DNA from: Curvularia clavata
Lineage: Eukaryota
NCBI GenBank assembly: GCA_023920165.1
Contig: CP089276.1
Coordinates: 3,038,001-3,102,000 of the forward strand
DNA length: 64,000 nt
Reading direction: 5' to 3'
In this document: positions 27,875 to 39,530 of the stretch, piece by piece
How the letters are laid out: every line of letters begins with the position of its first letter
How positions within the stretch are numbered: the first letter of the stretch is position 1
Notes under the pieces: generated by a model
Told to the model about the DNA's origin: nothing
Database searches by the model: none
The model's input: only the letters and a program-made list of their open reading frames with translations
Position numbers and translations under genes: made by a program

Positions 27875-29253
27875 GTTTGCGTAGCACTGAGCTTGCTGTT
27901 TACAGGCGATCTGATGTAGTGTTGCTTGCTCCACAGCACTTCTCAGTACTGTTGCGCAATTAACGTGCTACGGTGCCAGATTTTGCCCCGAAGCCCACGT
28001 AATTGATGTGTTGACTATCGAAGGTTGTCTACTGGGTACCCACAGCGGCCGGATGAAGGCTCTTCCTAGAGATCTGATGGCTCACGTTCGCACGAGTCTG
28101 TCACGCAGAGCGAATTCAGGTACGAACAGAGAGAACGGATTCCAAACTCCTGCCAGCTCATGAGGCAGTTAGTGACTTGACAGTATCTTCGGAGCTGACA
28201 CGGAAGTCACCCCACAATTGGCTTTTAACTTTTAGCGCGGGGTAGTCGGCCCCCCATTGCGTCGCTGTAGTGGGGACTGGTGTCTGTTTGCTAGAATCTG
28301 TTGTTATATTGTGTGTAGAGTACAAATACATATACGTATTGTCAGGATAACCCATGGAATAGCTGCTGGTGAACTTGCATCGTGGCAGCTGAGGAAGAGT
28401 GTCGCTGCCCCCAAACATGTCAAACCCCAAATCGAACGACCTTAGAGCTCATGTAGTGTGTAAACTCTAGGTAACTACATGAAGATATCGTTGGTTGCGT
28501 GATGGATTTGGGTGGTGTAATTGTGGAGAAATGCATGTAGCCTTTCTATCCTACAGACTGCACAATCGTATCAGGTCAAAACATTCGGGTGTGGTTCTGT
28601 ATCCTCTAGGGCGGGCGCAGAACATGATTTTTGATGTGAATAGCTCCCTGCAGATTGCGGATGCTCGGGAAAGCAGCTAGCGTCTGTAAGGGGCTGTGCG
28701 GGACTCAGCTTACCGTCCAGGAGCTTGGTGTCTCTCCGCAAACGCCGAAATGTGGTCATCAACATCAGAGTCGGCGGTGGGGCGAGGGACAAGAGAATCG
28801 CTCTGAGTAGCCCCGCCCGTGGTGGGGTACCTGGCTAGTACAACGATCCCCAGACATGCGTGCACGTGAAGTAGGAAGTATCCCTGGTATATATTTATCA
28901 GCTACCTTCGCCCAATTACAGATGGTCCAGTATCACCATCGCGGCTTCGCCCAATTGAGACTGACAGAAAGTAACAGCTCCGGTTAAGACATCTTCCGGC
29001 ACTCCGGATATTACGCGCTGACAGAAACTGTGGGGTGTTGTGGGGAGCAGCTCTAACTAGGCAGAACACGATAAGACCGCGTAGAACCGACTACATAGTG
29101 AGACTACCTCTTGGTGAATTGAAACTCGACCAGTTGTTATAACATCGTCAGCAATTCGCGACTTTGCTGCCATCTCGGGCATTCTCTTTCGGTTGAAACG
29201 TTAAAACCAATCAACTACCTATTGTCTGATCTAAAGTCGCCCTAATATACGAT

Positions 29254-30652
29254 ATGGCGGAAAACATAAGGATAGCCATTGTTGGCGCAGGTATGCTTCT
29301 GTTAGACCATATGTACACTTCTCGTCGCGTCTTCTAACCGTCTCTCAGGCATGGGCGGCCTCGCCGCAGCACTTGCCCTTGCAAAAGCTGGCCACCAAAA
29401 CATCACCATATACGAAAATGCCCCAGGCATGGGCTTCGTAGGCGCAGGAATCCAGCTCGCACCCAACATGGCTCGCATCCTTGACAGGCTAGGCTGCTGG
29501 GGTGTAATCCGTGACGAGGCTGTTCGGTGCTCAACCACATCGATCAGGGAGGGCGCAACAGACAAAGAGCTATCGCACGTAGATCTGGCCTACGTCAAGG
29601 AAAAGTACGGATATCCGCATATGGTTGGCCACAGAGCCAGCCTTGCGAACGGCTTGTATGAGGGCTGCAAGCGGGAGAGCGGTATCCAGTTCAAGCTAGG
29701 ATGCACCGTATCTGATGTACGCTTCGGTCCCAAGCCCAAGTTTACCATCACCCCCTCCCAGGGCGGTGCGGAGCCATATCAGGTCGAATGCGATGTTCTC
29801 CTTGGTGCCGATGGTGTCAAGAGCTCTACCCGCGTGGCCATGCTCAAGGAACTGGGGCACACAGGCGCAGCACGCGATTCAGGCCAAGCCGCTTACCGCA
29901 TCATGCTCAACCGCTCACAAATGGAACACGATCCCGAGCTTCTGAAGCTGATCGATTCAGACTGTGTAACACGCTGGATTGGTGAGAAGAGGCACATCAT
30001 CGCATACCCCATCCACAACAAGCAGATCTACAACATCTCTACCGCACAGCCAGACACCAACTTTGCTGGTGCGCCAGATGCACAGTACACGACAAAGGGG
30101 AGTAAGAAGGCCATGATGGAAGTGTACGGTGACTTTTGTCCCATGATTCAGCGCATGCTCAACTTGGTGCCAGAGGGTGAGGTGGTCGAGTGGAAGCTCA
30201 GAGTCCACGACCCGCTGGTAACGTGGGTGCACGGCCCGGCCGCACTGGTGGGTGATGCATGCCATCCGACTCTTCCACACATGGCACAAGGCGCTGCGCA
30301 GGCTATTGAAGACGGTGCTGTACTCGGTGTCGTCCTGTCACCCCAGCGACTTGGAGATGCTGCGCCCGAAACGATTGAGCGCGCACTGCGTATATACGAA
30401 AAGCTGAGGAAGCCAAGAGCCGAAGCACTGGTGGAGCTGGCGGCAGAGAGTGGACGAGTGCTGCACTTGGGTGCTGGTAAAGCGAAGGAGGAGAGAGATA
30501 AGCTGTTCGAGGCGGCAAAGAGTGGTCTTGGCAAAGTGCCAGACAAATGGGCGGATGCTGATGTGCAGGCTCAAGTATATGGTGTTGATGTAGTTGCCGA
30601 TGCGGAGGAACTGTGTGAAAAGGAAGGATTTGGGCTGAGATCGAGACTGTGA
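29254..30652 (+). CDS. FAD-dependent aromatic monooxygenase (salicylate hydroxylase-like, group A), 2 exons, C-terminal SRL
   Basis: IAIVGAGMGGL (spliced across intron 29291-29348), GAGIQL.PN, GADGVKS, LVGDACHP.LPHMAQGAAQAIEDG. Confidence 0.92.
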
Positions 30653-30920
30653 CAATGAATGAGATATCCAGTTGGATGTCTGAATAAACAATGTATATTT
30701 TGAGAACTACTTTGAATCGCAAAAGTACTTGTGTACTATAATTATCCATGGGAACTACCCAAAGAGAAGTTTGGTTCGCTCCACAGGAAATGAAAGTGCC
30801 GTAGTAAGCACACCCATGGCTAAGGACACAGAAAATAATAGATGACTGTGGCAACTGCAGCCGCCTTTCATGCAAGCTACCATTTTCAGGTTTTGCTAGT
30901 TGTGAGAGAGCTCAGGCATT

Positions 30921-32535
30921 CTACATGCTCTCCGACATAACGCCTCTCATGTTATGCCCCTTCCAATGCGTAAGCATAACCGGCAGCAAACTAACACCAA
31001 CAACCAACGCAGCAGCAACACCTGCACTATTCGCGATACCAACATGTTCAAACATAGCCGGGAACCAAAAGGGCCCCAAGAAGCCCCAGATCTGCCTCAC
31101 AAATGTGATGAAAACGCCAATGCTACCAGCCTCCTCGGGGTAACAGTCAACCGCGTACGTGATCAACACGGTAGTGACAATCTGGTTTCCAGCTGCTGCG
31201 ATGCCCGCACCCACAATCGGCGTGACATTCCATCTGAGTTCGGGAGCCTGCTCGATGCGAACCAAGAACACAACGATGCCGCATATAGTCAACAGAATAC
31301 CGATGTAAGACAGCCAGAGACGAAACTCTGGTGCGGGACGAAGCGGTGCCGTTTTCTTTCCTCGCCAGCGCATCCAGAGGTCACTCGAGTGACCGCCGAT
31401 CTGCTCGCCGATCACTGTTCCGACGATGATGCCGAGGAACTGGAGGCCGATTTGCTGCGCGTTGAGGTGGAACTTTTGAATGAAGAGTTGGGGGATTTCG
31501 ACGGTAGTGAGCACCGAGGCGAAGAGGAAGATCATGGCGTATGCGCAGGCGGGGATGACAATACAGGGGTACTTGAAGAAGCGAAGGGGAGAGATGAATT
31601 CATACAGCGTCATGGGCGTAGTGTCAATGCGGCGGAATTTTAAGTACATTTCCTTGTAGGCTGCGAAGCCTGACTGCGCGTGCTTGGCGTCACCGTGTCG
31701 CATAAAGCGTGTCTCTGGGCCGAAGAGTGAGTAGAGAATGAGCTGGGCGCCGTTGATCATGGCAAGGATCCAGTAGATCCAGCGGTAGCCCACGTTGTAT
31801 GTTACGAAGCCGAAGATGAGGGGCGCCAGTGGTATACCCAGAGTGATCATGACGGTCCACATGCCCATGAACTTTGCACGCTCTTTGCGGAAGAAAGTCT
31901 CCACTACTACGGCGCTGCCAATGGCGTTGGGTGGACAGATAAAAAAGGACTGGAACGCGCGGCACGTTGCCATGGCTGCGTATGTTTGGCTTTTTGCACA
32001 GCCAATGTTGAACACCAGGCTTCCGATCAGTGAGATGATGAAGATGGGACGACGGCCGTATCGAGTTGAGAGAGGGCGCCAGAACAACGGCCCGCCGCCC
32101 AGAATGGCAATTTGAAGAGAGGTAAGGTATGATGCTTTTTGAATGCTCACACCAAGGTCTTCGGATATCTCCTCGTATGCTGGGATGATGGCGGATGCTG
32201 GAAAGGCACACATCATGGCGTGAAAAGCCACGAAAAGTACGTTCATGATTTTCTGATTCGGAATTAGAGAGAGTTGTCAGTGAAGGATTGTGAGGGTAAC
32301 TGACCTTCCACTGGGGCCAGTTGTACGGGTCGGCAGTCCCCATGGTAGGAAGAGGGTCAAGATCGATTGTTCCATGACGCTCGAGGAGGTATTGGCGATG
32401 CTCTTCAGAGAGGTGAGATACCTCCTCCTTGTCGAGATATGTACCGTGGGTGGCGGCATGCTCGAGATCCTCATTATGCCTGGGCTCGTTGGCTACGAGG
32501 TCCTTTTCGTTTGCTGCATTTATTGGGTTCGCCAT
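30921..32535 (-). CDS. MFS transporter (DHA1-like), 2 exons
   Basis: DPYNWPQWKK, PLSTRYGRRP, ERAKFMG.W, WIYWI, PET, PEFRL; about 12 hydrophobic segments; intron 32253-32304. Confidence 0.92.
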
Positions 32536-32680
32536 GTTCGTCGTCTACAGCTTGTACGAAGGACGATGAAAGTGAAGAAGGCGAAGAAGAGACACGCAAG
32601 CTCCAACGTGGACATGCCCGCGGAGGCTCCATCTCATATCCTCCACTCTCTACGCTAGTTCCCCGGGAGATGACTTACGC

Positions 32681-32798
32681 GGAGACCCCGACTGGAGATC
32701 CCAGCAGAGAAATCTGAGTGGAGACCTCAGGGCATAGAAACCCCAGTGGAGACCCCAGATATAAGAGTTATTGGTGGGATGTGAGCCCACGGGGTTTC
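32681..32798. promoter_or_regulatory. Cluster of GGAGACCCCAG-like direct repeats upstream of the MFS gene
   Basis: GGAGACCCCG 32681, GGAGATCCCAG 32694, GGAGACCTCAG 32720, GAAACCCCAG 32737, GGAGACCCCAG 32748, and inverted GGGGTTTC 32791. Confidence 0.5.
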
Positions 32799-33730
32799 TA
32801 AACAAGGATCCTGAGCCATCGTCGTCACGGTTCCATCGCTAGTTTCTGCTATTACGCTAGTTGATCCACGGCTTGTCAACTCGGCAGCCGCGCATCGGAT
32901 GCTTGAATTGCCCACAGAGGATTGTTGAGGACCCAGTAGGATTCTAGATAACAAGCGGATGATGGCGGCGTGTTGGCCATAGTGACAGGAGAATGGTCGC
33001 AGACCGGAAGATAATCGTCTTGCAATTATCGCAAATCGCTTGACCTGCGATTGGATGGCCCTCCGCATATTGATGGTTAGAGATGCTTGCAATGACGCCA
33101 CCCGTACTCAAGCTTTATAGCAATGCTTGGTTGGCAGGCAAGGCTTGGGTTCAGGTGAACAGCCGCATTTCTTCTGGCCATGGCACTGGTACGTACCGTC
33201 CATGTTTTGGGTTAGAGCAATTAGGACTTGATTGGTTCGTGTCTCTGATGGCGTGGCCGCGGGCGAACAATGAGGCGGGGCTCAAAACAGACGGCAGTTG
33301 TTCTCGATAAAATACAGTGGGTCACCGAGGTTGTGACACGAAAGTGATTCGTATAGTCGGTATATGTTGCTATCAGCTAGTTCCCGGACTTCTTCCGGGA
33401 TCCTCCCGACGATCTGCACAAACGCCCCGACTTTCATGTAACAGTGGTTTGTACAAAACCCACATATCTTCTCCTTTTTTTTCTTTCAGAAGTTGGTCGC
33501 CCAAATCATCTTCTAGCATCTAACTTTGATTAAGTAGAAAGATGAGTCACGAAAACGCGAAGACGCTCTACAACTTCAGATAACACCAAGAGCTTCAGCA
33601 GGTAATGCCATGTCATTGAATGTGTCGGTCTAAAGCCTCCCCTAAAAACTGCCCGTCGGCTCCTTGCTGCCTTCATAGATAAAGCCCATATGCAATACGC
33701 ATGTTGATGCAGCCAAACCCTGCTCTGAAA

Positions 33731-34183
33731 CTAGTCGAGATCCACAACCACCTCCATGATATCCCACCAGACATGGCGCTCGGCCTTTTGTATAGAGCTG
33801 GAAGCACATCTCATGTGTCCTCCTGAGTGGAAACCAGGAACGTTTCCATACCATTGTAGCCCTAAAGGACCATACGACATAGCGTCTCGCATCTCGGCAC
33901 AGACTCGGCCGAGGAGCTCTTCGTAAACGAAAGTGCGTACGTAGCCTGCTCTCAATACCTCAATGTCAATTCCGGGAGCTTTGGCGATACCAGCTGCAAC
34001 GATGATGCGCTTCTTTCTAGGTGGTACTGGGTCATCCAAAGGGGCAGACTCGGCCCATCGCAATGATGGATTTAGTGTATAAGGCCTTTTACACGGGCCG
34101 TGCACGTTGTAGGCGACTGTGACTTCTGGCTTTGTGTAATCTAGGCTGTGTTGGGTACGAACGAGGACGTATGCTGTGAGCAT
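33731..34183 (-). CDS. Hypothetical protein, about 150 aa, no recognised family
   Basis: Uninterrupted ORF from ATG 34183 (MLTAYVLVRTQH...WWDIMEVVVDLD) with globular-looking composition; it does not overlap any other gene. Confidence 0.45.
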   Translation of the reverse strand: MLTAYVLVRTQHSLDYTKPEVTVAYNVHGPCKRPYTLNPSLRWAESAPLDDPVPPRKKRIIVAAGIAKAPGIDIEVLRAGYVRTFVYEELLGRVCAEMRDAMSYGPLGLQWYGNVPGFHSGGHMRCASSSIQKAERHVWWDIMEVVVDLD

Positions 34184-35154
34184 GTTGAGATTCAAAAGAG
34201 TATTCAATGGTTGAGATGATGGCTAATCACGCATTCAACACGAGATAATTATGGCGGCTGAGTGCTTGCTGGATAATGTCATAGGGAAACTTGTTATTTG
34301 GAAAAACCAAGCAACCAGACCGGCTCTTGCCACCATTCAGCTGCCATTTGATATGGTTGGTGAAAATTAAAAGTGTTTGATAATAAACTGGTGACAACAA
34401 GGTCTTAATTGCGCCAAGGTTTGGTTCTTGTTTTTCCTAAGACAAATATTTGCTGCCTAAGAACTTGTAAGTTCTTTTTTACCCCTCTGCACTCTAGGGT
34501 TACCTCCCTCAGATATGCCGTCTTATGTTTCGACTTCGCACGGCTCCCAAAAGTTGCCGGCACGTGATGTTGGCTGTTCATCGGCAAAGCTGTTATCCAT
34601 AGGCGAAACAAAGTCAACGAGCTCCAAAGCTGGAGCAATGGATGATGAGAGAGGGTTTGCTTGAAATTGTAGTTTACGGCGTGGATGTGGCAATTAGAGT
34701 GAACGTGCTGAAAAGTTGTACTAACCTTCTTACGGGACCTTCTCTTGCTCCGTACGTGGGGTCTTACAAGCTTCCCAAGGCGAAAAAAGAGCAGAAAAGG
34801 ATTGAATTGGTTTATACACAGATTTTCCACAAGTGATTCAATGTGAATGCGCCTCAACCTCGCGAGAGGTACTGCGCATGCACGAGAGGCATCCTTTCCC
34901 CACTTATTAGTAGGCCTGCATGTCTTTCCGTCAAAGCCAAGAACACAGCACACAGGCAGCACCCTCAGCTCACAACACATTGATTCTCTACCCTTCTTTA
35001 CAATATATCAGCATACGCATTCATTATACACTCTTTTTATATTTGGCAGATCCATTCATAGCCGAAGGGGAGAGCAGGGATAGGAACGTGCAATCAGGCT
35101 GCCAAGTTCAGCCTCAAGATTTGTTCTTATTAACCTACACGCCTATACGAACTC

Positions 35155-38100
35155 ATGCGGCTGCTGCAGTACAGCGGAAGCGGAGAACTCAGCGTCCATA
35201 GCTTTGGAGATGGCGACGTACCTCCTTATGCGATACTCTCACATACCTGGGGAGCGGATGGGGAAGAGGTGACCTTTGCAGATCTTCAAACGGGTCATGG
35301 AAGAACTAAGCCAGGTTATGAGAAGATAATCTTCTGCGCAAGACAGGCAGGAAATGCCGGGCTTCAGTACTTCTGGATTGACACATGCTGCATCGATACA
35401 TCCGACAAGGCTGAGCATTCCTGGTCGATACGATCCATGTTCCGCTGGTATCGCTTTGCAGCCCAGTGCTATGTCTACCTGCCAGATGTATCCACTGATG
35501 ATATATCTGTACAGTCCAGTTGGGAGCTTGCATTTCGGTCGAGTCGATGGTTTACCCGTGGCTGGACGCTTCAAGAGCTTCTTGCTCCATCTTCGGTCGA
35601 ATTCTTCTCGCGGGAGGGAGAAAAGCTTGGTGATAGGGTGTCACTCGCGCCCTTGATCAACAAAATTACTGGAATTCCGCCTCTGGTGCTCAATGGGACT
35701 CCAATTTTCCAATTCAGCATAGATGATAGGTGGCGGTGGGCAGAAGGCCGAATCACTAGACGCAGTGAGGATCGAGCATACTCTCTGCAGGGCATCTTCG
35801 GCGTCGAAATAGCGCCTGTGTATGGCGAGGGCGAGTCTGGCGCTTTTGATCGCCTCAAGCGTGAGATCTACAAGCTAGAGAGATGCCTAGAAGACATGCG
35901 CAGTACAGATCCGCGCGACGACAAAAGGCGCATTGAAGATACCAAAGGCGGACTGGTAACAGACTCGTACCGTTGGGTACTCGGAAATACTGAATTCAGG
36001 CAGTGGCATGAGGACCAACACAGTAGGCTACTTTGGGTGAAAGGCGATCCCGGCAAAGGAAAGACAATGCTCCTGTGTGGCATCATCGACGAACTGCAAA
36101 ACTTGCCGAGATGCACCCTCGTGTCCTACTTTTTCTGTCAGGCGACTGACTCGCGTATTAATAGTGCTACAGCTATATTACGAGGCTTACTCTACATGCT
36201 CATCGTTCAGGAACCGTCGCTGGTAGCTCACGTTCGCGAGAAGCACGCCCATGCAGGCGGGAGTTTGTTCAACGACGCTAACGCTTGGATCGCCTTGACA
36301 GAGATCTTTTTCCACATTGTGCAGAATGCGAGCGTAAGCCCAATATACCTAATTATTGATGCGCTTGATGAATGTATCAGCGACCAACCAAAGCTACTTA
36401 AATTCATCGCCGACCAGTCATCAGTGTCCTCTCGCGTCAAGTGGATCTTATCTAGTCGCAATTGGCCTACTATCGAAGAACAGCTAGAGCGTGCGGAGTA
36501 CAAGACAAGGCTAAGCCTTGAGTTAAACGCCGAGTCTGTCGCGACAGCGGTGAGGATCTTCATACAGCAGAAGGTCGGCCAGCTAGCGCAAGAAAAGCGA
36601 TATACACCAGAAATTCAAGATAGTGTTCTCCAGCACTTGACACTGAACTCAAACGATACATTTCTCTGGGTTGCACTTGTCTGTCAAGACCTCAAAGCAA
36701 CGCCGAAGTGGAATGTACTCAAGAAGCTAGCGCACTTTCCCCCTGGACTTGACTCTCTATATAGGCGGATGCTGCTTCAAATTAGACAGTCCGAAAGCGC
36801 TGAGATCTGCCTGGGTGTACTAGCAGTTACGTGTATCCTGTATCGGCCTGTTACAGTCACTGAACTGGTTGCGCTCGCGGAACAGATTGCGGGATTTGAC
36901 GAGGACTTGGAGTCAGTTCGGGAGATCATCGGTCTCTGTGGGTCATTTCTTACCCTCCGGGGAGATACAGTCTACTTTGTGCATCAATCAGCTAAAGATT
37001 TCCTCTTTGAAAAATCGCTTAACGAGGTATTTCCACAAGGGCTTCGAAGTCTGCATCGAGACATCTTTATGAAGTCTCTTACCCTGCTGCACAAGGTACT
37101 GTGTAGAGACATGTACAGTCTCGAAAAACCCGGATATCGCGTAGAAGACGTCATTCCACCCTCCCCAGATCCATTGGCTTTGTCACGCTATCCATGTGTC
37201 TATTGGATCGATCATCTTTGCGACTCGAGACTCGAGACCTCGGATCACAATGGTAACAATGTCGAAGATGCCCATCTTGTAGATTCTTTTATGAGACGAA
37301 AGTACCTATACTGGCTAGAGGCGCTCAGTTTGTGCAGGAGCATGGAAAATGGAGTGGTCTCCATGATAAAACTATCACATTTAGTCCAGGTAACAGCTCA
37401 CACAACTACATGCATCTGTAGTCTTTATGATACAACTGCTAACACGAATAGAAAATGGCTGAGAAAGACGCAGTGACCACGAGCGTTACTGATGCGCAAC
37501 GATTTATCATGTATCATAAAAACGCGATCGAGAATTATCCACTACAAGCATACGCGTCTGCTCTATTGTTTAGTCCAACAGACAGCTTGATAAGGATGCT
37601 ATTCCAGCATGAAGCACTAGAGAAGATGACAATCAAGCCTGCTACAAACCATAGTTGGGGTGCCTGTCTGCAGACACTCAATGGGAGTAGCCTCTGGGCC
37701 TACTCGGTAGCTTTCTCACGCGACTCGACCCGGATAGCGGCAGGATACGGTGATAGTACTGTGAAGATATGGGATGCAAGCAGCGGTATATGCATGCACA
37801 CGCTTGAGGGCCATAATCGTGCTGTTCAATCAGTAGCTTTCTCTCATGATTCAAGGCTAGCGTCAGGATCAGATGATGGGACAATAAAGGTGTGGAATGC
37901 GAGCAGTGGGACATGTCTGCAGACGTTAGAGAGCCATCGCAGCGTCGCTTCAGTAGTATTCTCACATGACTCCGCCCGTATAGCGTCATCAGGGTTGGAC
38001 AATACTGTCAAGGTATGGGACACAACCAGTTGGACATGTCTACTGATGCTTGAGGGCCAGAGCGGCATGATCATGTCAGTAGCATTTTCACACGACTCCA

Positions 38101-39530
38101 GCCGGATAGCATCTGGGGCGCGCGATGGTACTGTAAAGATATGGGACACGAATAGTGGCGTATGCCTGCAAACTCTCGAAGATCACGGTAACGAGATCAC
38201 GTCAGTAGTATTCTCACACGACTCAACCCAGATCGCGTCAGCGACATATAACAGCCCCCTGAAGATATGGGACGTGAGAACCGGAATATGTTCACAGATG
38301 ATTGGGGACACTCGCGTTGCTGTCAAGACAGTGATATTCTCACATGACTCGGCATGGCTAGCTTCAGGAACAACAGATAGTACTATCAACATATGGGATG
38401 CAAGAAGTGGGGCATGCCTGCACACGTTTGAAGGGCATACTGGCGATGTCACTTCACTAGCACTGTCGCACGATTCAAAGTGGCTTGTGTCCGGTTCGGA
38501 AGAAGGCGCTGTCAAGCTATGGGATGCAAGCAGCAGAGACCTTCGCCAAGCGCCTGGAAGCCATCGTGGTTATGTCGCTTCAGTGACCTTCTCGAGCGAC
38601 CTAGCCTGGTTAATCTCCCGGGGAACAGACCAATCCATCAGAATATGGGACGTAAGCACCGGTATATGCCTACATATATTTGAAAGAGAGGATTTGCACA
38701 TGCCCGGCTCTGAAGACGATGACATTGAATCAGTAACCATCTCTCCCAATTCGGCCTGGCTAGTATCGGCTTCACGTTGCGGACATATTACGCTGTGGGA
38801 TTTGAGCACCAAGACTTGCTCGCAGGTACTTGAAGGTTTGCAAAATGGTACTTGGCAGCCAGTAACGATTTCATCCAATTCTGCTTATTTAGCATTCGCA
38901 TCGAGTGCCGCGTCCCTGTTCGATGACGACCTCATCAAGATCTGGGACATAAGCAACGGGATGTGTTTGCAGAGTATTACAGCTCAGGATCGTGCAATCT
39001 GCTTGTTGGCCCTCTCCCACGACTCAGCTTGGCTAGTCTCAACTTCATTCCAGGCTACCAGGATATGGGATGTGAGCAGTGGGGTTTGCTTGCGCATGAT
39101 TAAAAGAGACTATAGCAAATATATCTACTCAATAGCATTGTCACCAGACTCGGCCTGGCTAGCGGAATCAACATTCGAAAACACTATCAGGATATGGAAT
39201 ACTAGTAGTTGGGAGTGTCAACATGTTTTGGATGTTGACACATGGTCTTCAACCTTGTCTTTCGACCCCACTGGTACTTTGCTTCATACGGACATGGGTG
39301 CTATCACGATCCCTAATCTTGAAGTTCCAAGCAGTACAGGTACCGCAAAGTCCGAAGCATATTATAAGGGTATTAATGTAACAAAGGATGGTACCTGGAT
39401 ATTCCGCGATGGAAACAACATAGTGTGGATTCCCTATGAGTACTGGTCGAGGCACGTGTTTGTGAGTGGGGCTCACATAGGTATGGGGTTACCATCAGGA
39501 AGAGTCTGGATTTTTCATATAGATGAGTAA
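35155..39530 (+). CDS. Fungal NLR-like STAND protein, HET-NACHT-WD40 (HNWD/HET-E-like), about 1437 aa, 2 exons
   Basis: HET: YAILSHTWG, WIDTCCID, SMFRWY, WFTRGWTLQEL. NACHT: Walker A GDPGKGKT, YFFCQ, Walker B LIIDALDEC, FLWVAL, VHQSAKDFL. Intron 37390-37451 joins the two ORFs in frame; about 12 WD40 repeats follow. Confidence 0.95.
37660..39290 (+). repeat. WD40 coding repeat array, about 12 diverged units of roughly 126 bp plus a cryptic one
   Basis: Recurring CxQTLEGH..V.SV.FSHDS..IAS...D.T.KIWD..SG units; recurring nucleotides TTCTCACAYGACTC and AAGATATGGGA. Confidence 0.9.

Noticed and set aside
30954..31643. 229-aa plus-strand ORF
   Set aside because: Antisense shadow of the MFS transporter.
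37390..37476. Apparent split of the NLR into two ORFs (possible pseudogene or two genes)
   Set aside because: A 62-nt GT...CTAAC...AG intron joins them in frame.
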